Source: Octopus sinensis (lineage: Eukaryota). From it: 29,103 nucleotides of DNA. Location: contig NW_021833484.1 of assembly GCF_006345805.1 (NCBI RefSeq), positions 1-29,103 of the forward strand, given 5' to 3'. Position 1 is the first letter of the stretch. Each line of letters starts with the position of its first letter. The translations under genes were made by a program, and so were the position numbers. This document shows, piece by piece, positions 22,331-29,103 of the stretch. The notes under the pieces were generated by a model. That model ran no database searches. It was not told where the DNA came from and saw only the letters and a program-made list of their open reading frames with translations.

Positions 22331-22469
22331 ATATCCTCTGACGAGGCCTATTGTTCTTTTAACATATAAGTATAATATTTTTTTAAATACCTACAACCCT
22401 AATATATGGACATCTATAGGCAATGTTAATTGGATTCACTTTTGACCATAGGCTGAAACCTGTAAGAAG
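22331..22469 (+). ncRNA. Type I hammerhead, family 3, with a 96-nt stem II loop
   Basis: atatcct CTGACGA GGCCTAT...ATAGGCT GAAAC ct GTA agaag. Confidence 0.5.
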
Positions 22470-22834
22470 TTTATGGATTTCAATAATTTATAATATGACT
22501 TTTAAAATCTGTATTTGTATTATTATCTTATCTATTGATTTATATAATATTTTGTATGCTTTTGATGTCCTCATTTGTAAAATGAATAAATAATCCAACA
22601 TTATTATATCCGTAAGTTGATGAACAAACTAAATTTGTTTCTCCATTTTCTTATTTGTATTATAAATTTACGATAAAAATATTTCTTTGCCTTCACCCGT
22701 TTAATACAATAAATGAATTAATTACATTGCACTTAAAAACATTTGTGTATGAAGTATTTGGGTATTTACCAACAGTATATTGGATAATTGATATCCCATA
22801 GTGGGTTACATCCACAATCCCTATCTTACTTTAT

Positions 22835-23182
22835 ATATATATACGATGGGCTTCTTCAGTTTCCGTCTGCCAAATCCACACACAAGGCTTTGGTCGGCTC
22901 AAAGCTATAGTAGAAAACACTTGCCCAAGATGCCATGCAGTGGGACTGAACCCAGAACCATATGGTTCATAAGCAAGCTACTTACCACAAAGCCACTCCT
23001 GCGCCTATATACATATATACAACGAGCTTCTTTTAGTTTCCGTCTACCAAATCCACTCACAAGGCTTTGGTCAGCCCGAGGCTATAGTAGAAGACACTTG
23101 CCCAAGGAGCCATGCAGTGGGACTGAACCAGAAACCATGTGATTCATAAGCAAGCTACTTACCACACAGCCACTCCTACGCC
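22835..23182 (-). mobile_element. Two tandem SINE S1 5' halves
   Basis: Heads end at 23005 and 23182. Confidence 0.85.
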
Positions 23183-23224
23183 TATTTGAAAATAATTTGG
23201 AAGTAATCTGGATAATCCCTTTAC

Positions 23225-23590
23225 GATACCTCTTCAATGAAAAGCCCAAAGTAAATGGTCTTTATCAATTTGGGACATAGAGCAGGTTATGGTAAACTTG
23301 AGAGATTGTATGGCATTATAGCGGGGTTGATTGACCTCTTTCATGACTATAATAAACCAGTGAATTGAGATCTGGTGAACTATGATGCTGCATATCAAGA
23401 ACATGATAACAAAGATCGACAGACATCCAAGTTTGGATTATCCTAGGTTTATGAGATGGTAGAGAGTCTTGTCTGAAGACACACATTCTTCCATTCTATA
23501 CTCTTTCAATCCATGGTTTCACAACTTTTTCGAAGACCACTTTGTAGATAGTTACATGGACTCCCAGATCCATTACAGTTGCTGGGAAAA
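23225..23590 (-). pseudogene. Degenerate DD37D (maT)-like transposase C-terminal fragment
   Basis: Manual translation: FPATVM..GV, VVKPWIERV*NGRMCVFRQDSLPSHK...SSPDLNSLVYY, then EVNQPRYNAIQSLK...DKDHL. The mariner is inserted at its edge. Confidence 0.65.
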
Positions 23591-23592
23591 TA

Positions 23593-24540
23593 TCAGGTCA
23601 TCCCATAAGTTCTGTTCAAATTTACCTTTTTTAAAATTGAATGAAATTTAATAGTATTGTAGAATGTCTAATGGAATTAAAAATTATTTTTATCCATTTG
23701 TGTACATTTAAACTAATTAAATATTATTTTACAGAATAATAGAATTAAAATTTCTTTGATTAAAACCCTTTCTAATACGGAAGTATCCAAAGAGTATTTA
23801 AGGCACATAATGCTTTATGAGTACAAAAATAGAAACTCTGCAGCCGAAGCGACTCGAAACATACACTCAGTTAATGGGAAAGAATGCTTGAATGAAAGAA
23901 CTTGCTGAAGATGGTTTGCAAAATTCAGAAGTGGAGATTTCAGCCTTAAAGATGAAGATTGAACAGGATGTCCAGTTGAGTTTGATGATAAGCTCCTTGA
24001 GGCATTACTTAAAGAAAATCCTGAATTATCAGTTGAAGAATTGGCAATAAATCTTAGTTCAAACCATACAACTGTTCATCGTCATCTTCAACAACTTGGA
24101 AAGGTCCTAATCTGGAAAATGTGTGCCTCATGAATTGTCCGAAAGCAACTGCAAATCCCGAGTTGACATCTGCTCTTCTCTCAATTCTCGCCAACTCATT
24201 TCACCCTTTTTGGATAGACTTGTGAATGGTGAAGAAAAATGGATCTTCTATCGAAATGTTAAACGTTTGTAAACAGTGGCTTGGTAAAAGGGGAAAAGCG
24301 CAACCACAACCGAGAAGGGAACTTCATGGGAAAAAGGTTCTTCTCTCTATCTGGTGGGATTGCAAAGGAGTAATTCACTCTGAATTGTTACCACCTAATG
24401 CAACAATCAATGCTCAAGTGTGCCGTCAGCAATTAGAGAGTTTGAACCAAGCTTTGAAGTAAAAAAGACCCACTTTAGTGAATCGAAAAGAAGTGATGTT
24501 TCATCAGGACAATGCGCGACCCCACACTGCAAAGATCACA
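23593..24540 (+). mobile_element. 3'-truncated mariner of the same family
   Basis: Same left TIR after TA at 23591-92; about 92% identical to copy 1; start codon mutated to ACG; breaks off after HQDNARPHTAK. Confidence 0.92.
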
Positions 24541-25435
24541 AACAGCTGGGTGGATTCGCATGGAAAATGGCATACACGTGGAGACGGGTGCATAGATTGG
24601 AATGCAATTTCTATTTCCTCCCCATCCCCCATAGATACCGAGAAAATCGATTTTAAAACATTTTGTAATGGAATCCCCTGTTTGATCCACCATTAAAACA
24701 ACCAGTGCTCACACAGCCAGCATATACCATTTCGCTAGCAACAAGGGGAGTACAGGATGACAGTCAGCCAAAAACTTTCGCTATGCTGTCTCTTTTCTTT
24801 CACCTCTTGTGGGGGGTAATAAATTTCTTAATCTTTAGTTACAGTTTCTCATTCAAAATAATAATAGGCAGAGTTTCGGAGTAAGTAAGACAGTAGGGTG
24901 TTTTGAGGGAGATTTCGCTGCTATTTCTATCATGTCTAGCTACCATATTTGCATTTCAAAAATTTTATCTTTTCCATGAATCAACGATCGTAAAATTTTA
25001 TAAGATGACCTCACATTTTCTATGTTTGTATGTGTACCTTAAAAGACGTCAATCATCATGACACACACCTTCACTCACTCACTTTCTCACCCTCTTTCTC
25101 TCTCACATACACATGTGCAAGAATGCACACACGCAGACACACATATACACACACACATCCATTTCACATACCTTCTTTAAATTTCTGCTCTCTGCAAATA
25201 AAAGTTTTACGGATACAACTGCTTACAAAAATAGGAATTAATGTATAATTTCTTTCTATATTCATAATTAAATCAATGTTTTAATGATTAGACAGAGGTC
25301 CAATAGCTCTCAGAAACAGACTACGTACAAATTTGTTCTTCACAACTCCTGAAGCTGTTTTCTGACAGAGTGGGGGAGTCATGAGAATTTCATACAGCTG
25401 GGAGCTCCAATCAAAACAGGGGATCCGAAATGATA

Positions 25436-25772
25436 AGGTTGATATTGAAATCAAATTCAATGACTGGCATCCATGCTAGTGGTGTGCTAAGAGCACCCTC
25501 TGAGTGTGATCGTTGCCACAGCAGCTTACTGGCTTCTGTACCAGTGGCACATAAAAAGCACCATTCGAGGGTGATCATCACCAGCGTTGCCTTACTGGTA
25601 CTTGTGCTGGTGGCACGTGAAAAAACATTTGAGCGAGGTCATTGCCAGTTCCACTGGACTGACTCCTGTGCAGGTGGCATGTAAAAAACACCATTTGTGC
25701 ATGGTCGTTGCCAATACTGCCTGACTGGTCCTCATGCCGGTGACACATAAAAGCACCCACTACACTCTCAGA
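25436..25772 (+). mobile_element. RTE 3' UTR fragment with about 4.5 tandem units
   Basis: Repeated gccagt..actggc and gtgccggtggcac units ending in cactacactc. Confidence 0.8.
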
Positions 25773-25779
25773 TTATTTT

Positions 25780-26865
25780 TAACGTGCCAGTAAGGAAATG
25801 CTGGTAATGATCATGCTCAAATGGTGCTTTTTATGTGCCACCAGCATGGAAGCCAGTCAGCTGCTCTGGCAATGATCACGCTCGGATGGTGCTCTTAGCG
25901 CTCTACTAGCACGGATGCCAGTCATCGAATTTGATTTCAATTTCACTTGCCTCAACAGGTCTTTGCAAGCAGAGTTTAGTGTCCAATGAAGGAAAGGTAC
26001 GCATAAGTGGCTGGTTACAACCCTGACATAGGCTACAGGTTATGGTCTCACTTGGCTTACCAGGTCTTCTCAAGCACAGCATATTTCCAAAGGTCTCAGT
26101 CACTAGTCATGCTTCACCACCTCATCCCAGATCTTCCTGGGTCTACCCCTTCCACAGGTTACCTCAACCTCTAGGGTGTGACACCTTTTCACACAGCTAT
26201 CCTCCTCCATTCTCACCACATGACCATACCAGCGCAGTCGTCTCTCTTGCAAATCTGATGCTTCTTAGCCCTAACTTTTCTCTCATGGCACTTACACCCT
26301 TTCATAGGCCAAGGGTTATCGTCTCACTTGGCTTGCCGGGTCTTCTCATGCACTGCATATATTTCGAAGAGTCTCAGTCGCTAGTCATTTCCTTGGTGAA
26401 GCCTAATGTTTGATGGTCATGCTTCACCACCTCATCCAGATCTTCCTGGGTCTACCCATCCACAGGTACCTCAACCTCTAGGGTGTGACACCTTTTCACA
26501 AGCTATCCTCCTCCATTCTCACCACATGACCATACCAGCGCAGTCGTCTCTCTTGCAAATCTGATGCTTCTTAGCCCTAACTTTTCTCTCATGGCACTTA
26601 CACCCTTTCATAGGCCAAGGGTTATCGTCTCACTTGGCTTGCCGGGTATCTCATGCACTGCATATATTTCGAAGAGTCTCAGTCCGCTAGTCATTTCCTT
26701 GGTGAAGCCTAATGTTTGATGGTCATGATTCACCACTCATCTCGAGTCTTCCTGGGTCTACTCTTCCACAGGTTCCCTTTACTGCTATGGTGTGACACTT
26801 TTCAGATGGTGCTCATAGCGCTCCACTAGCATGGATGCCAGTCATCAAATTTAATTTCAATTTCG
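25780..26865 (-). mobile_element. RTE 3' region with a tandemly duplicated C-terminal segment
   Basis: Reverse complement matches 5270-5700; near-identical units at 26108-26417 and 26418-26723. Confidence 0.85.
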
Positions 26866-27259
26866 ATAATCAGGAATCCAACCAGAAAAATCTAATGGTA
26901 GTTACTTCTAATGGACACCTATGGAGGACAAGCTTAAGTATTCTAACCCGCAACAATCCTCCCAGGAAGAGATGGCACAGAAAATATACAGATAGATAGA
27001 TATCATGTAACAATGTGAAGCTAAATAAATTCTAAGCAGCTGCTTTTCTGATAAACCAGGAGAATGACATTTATAGTCAAACAGCAACATTACACATTTT
27101 GAATAATTTAGCATCATACCAAGGTATTATTTACAAATATCACAAGAGCAAAACTGCATTTTTTGTGATGAGGGTGGGAAAGTGTCTGCTACCATAAAGT
27201 GATTCAGTAAAACAGTTTCAAGAGATTTACCAAAGTTCAAAATATTTCACTTTTGAAAA

Positions 27260-27435
27260 GGCGTAGGAGTGGCTGTGTGGTAAGTAGCTTGCTTACCACC
27301 CACATAATTCTGGGTTCAGTCCCACAGCAAGGCAACTTGCGCAAGTGTCTTCTACTATAGTCTCGGGCCAACCAAGCCTTGTGAGTGGATTTGGTAGATG
27401 GAAACTGAAAGAAGCCCATTATATATATATATATA
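27260..27435 (+). mobile_element. SINE S1 5' half ending in (TA)n
   Basis: Family match. Confidence 0.85.
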
Positions 27436-27754
27436 AGTTCAGCAAAATTTAGATTCAGATGAATATGGTACTTAAGTTAGATGCACCAGAACTTTGTATG
27501 GTGTTATCCATATAAATCCATGGGGTGATTATAATCAAAATAAGCAACAAGAATATCTCCGATATATATATATATATCAATATATATATATCATGAAGTA
27601 TATTTGCCTCTTAAATGTGGCTAACCCCTAAGGGTTGATGCTACTGTAGCTTGTAGCCCCAGGAGGACACCTCCATCTGTTGGCTATTGACACACTTTCT
27701 GTGCCCTATCAGCATTTGCAAAGGGAAGCCATCCTTCTCATCTTCAATCAACAA

Positions 27755-27807
27755 GATACACACGGACTTGAGTTTCTGGGTATTAACCTGTCATCAGCGT
27801 GACAATC
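27755..27807 (-). ncRNA. Type I hammerhead, family 4
   Basis: gat-tgt-cacg CTGATGA caggt-taat-accca GAAAC tcaa GTC cgtg-tgt-atc; core intact, stem II damaged. Confidence 0.6.
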
Positions 27808-27870
27808 ACCGATTGCCAATGAAAAGTGGGTTCCCTTTGCAAATATATATATATGTGTATATATATATAT

Positions 27871-28046
27871 GTGTAGGAGCGGCTGTGTGGTAAGTAGCTT
27901 GCTTACCAATCACATGATTCAAGGTTCAGTCCCACTGCATGGCACCTTGGGCAAGTGTCTTCTTCTATAACCTCGGGCCGACCAAAGCCTTGTGAGGGGA
28001 TTTGGAAGACGGAAACTGAAAGAAGCCCATCATATATATATATATA
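27871..28046 (+). mobile_element. SINE S1 5' half
   Basis: Family match. Confidence 0.85.
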
Positions 28047-28270
28047 CGAGCTGGCAGAAACGTTAGCACGCCGGGCGAAATGCGCAGCCGTATTTCGTCT
28101 GTCGTTACGTTCCGAGTTCAAATTCCGCCGAGGTTGACTTTGCCTTTTATCCTTTCGGGGTCGATAAATAAAAAGTACCAGTTACGCACTGGGGTCAATA
28201 CAATCAACTTAATCCCTTTGTCTGTCCTTGTTTGTCCTTCTATGTTTAGCCCCTTGTGGGTAGTAAAGAT
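28047..28270 (+). mobile_element. tRNA-derived SINE family S2
   Basis: gagctggcagaaacgttagc head and gccttt..atcctttcggggtcgataa central domain, which resembles the MetaSINE domain as I recall it. Confidence 0.8.
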
Positions 28271-28293
28271 ATATATATATATATATATATATA

Positions 28294-28605
28294 GGCGTAA
28301 GAGTGTCTGGTGGTAAGCAGCTTGCTTACCAACACATGGTTCCAGGTTCAGTCTCACTACATGGCACCTTGGGCGAGCGTCTTCTACTATAGCCTTGGGC
28401 CAACCAAAGCCTTGAGTGGATTTGGTAGATGGAAACTGAAAGAAGACCGTCGTGTATATGTGTGTGTGTGTGTGTGTTTGTCCCCCCAACATCACTTGAC
28501 AACTGATGTTGATGTGCCTACATCCCTGTAACTAAGTCCTGGGGTCGATTTGCTTGACTAAAAGTGGTGCTCCAGCATGGCCACAGTCAAATGACTGAAA
28601 CAAAT
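28294..28605 (+). mobile_element. SINE S1 with internal deletion
   Basis: Family match. Confidence 0.85.
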
Positions 28606-28679
28606 AAAACAATATTCTCAGAGAAAAAACAAACTGGGATAATTTCTTACCCTAACCTTCAAAATAACTCTAAAGTGAG

Positions 28680-29103
28680 TTCATGGCTGTATCTTACACC
28701 AGTTTCGCATAACCAGCCCCAACCCATTCAAAGCACCTTGGATTGCAGGATGGCCTGATGTTTTTGAGGATACCTATTGAGTCAAATACATCAACATCAA
28801 AATAAAAATCAAATGGATATTGTAGTTGTGATACCCATGCCGGTGGCATGTAAAAAGTACCATCCGAACGTGGATGATGCCAGAGCTGCCTTGACTGGCT
28901 TCCGTGCCGGTGGCATGTAAAAAGCACCAGCCATTCTTGGTAAGCATGATCTTCAAATGTTGGGCCTTACAGAGGCAATGGCGAAAGACCGGGACCTCAG
29001 CAGACATGCAGTGACTGCGAAGACCCGGCAAATGGAGTTCATGGCTCGCAGGACAGCCTGCTGTGCTTGAGAGAAGACCTATGAGTCAAGTACATCAACA
29101 TCA
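28680..29103 (+). mobile_element. Two tandem 3' fragments of a second RTE subfamily
   Basis: gagttcatggct...gagtcaa(a/g)tacatcaacatca repeated, with the same hairpin units. Confidence 0.65.

Noticed and set aside
25480-25770. CRISPR-like array
   Set aside because: The units are degenerate contiguous tandem repeats without unique spacers, inside a eukaryotic LINE UTR, with no cas genes.
17320-29103. First coding exon of MRCK
   Set aside because: No minus-strand segment encoding the expected N-terminal LLD..ICLY.EC...W motif was found; it probably lies beyond the window.

Overview
AT-rich metazoan genomic DNA, most likely an octopod cephalopod (inferred from recognising the SINE/LINE families, not checked against a database). 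The only host gene is on the minus strand: six consecutive kinase-domain exons of an MRCK/genghis khan (CDC42BPA/B-like) Ser/Thr kinase at 17319-17228, 15551-15468, 14770-14675, 11893-11651, 8277-8221 and 1395-1252. All have canonical AG/GT splice sites and join in frame. The first exon and the downstream exons lie outside the window. The introns are packed with dead or non-autonomous elements: a 5'-truncated RTE-clade LINE with a PHD finger inside its RT plus many 3'-end fragments, two mariner (DD34D) copies, a DD37D remnant, a deleted piggyBac, two TA-flanked MITEs, about 20 tRNA-derived SINE pieces from three families, Helitron-like remnants and microsatellites. The most notable signal is a set of hammerhead-ribozyme motifs from at least four unrelated sequence families. 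Six of them sit in two inverted, about 98% identical Penelope-derived composites, whose 3' terminal repeat also carries a tRNA-derived Pol III promoter upstream of the ribozyme. Two others lie inside small fold-back inverted repeats. All ribozyme calls are by eye from core motifs and stem pairing; none has been folded computationally or tested.
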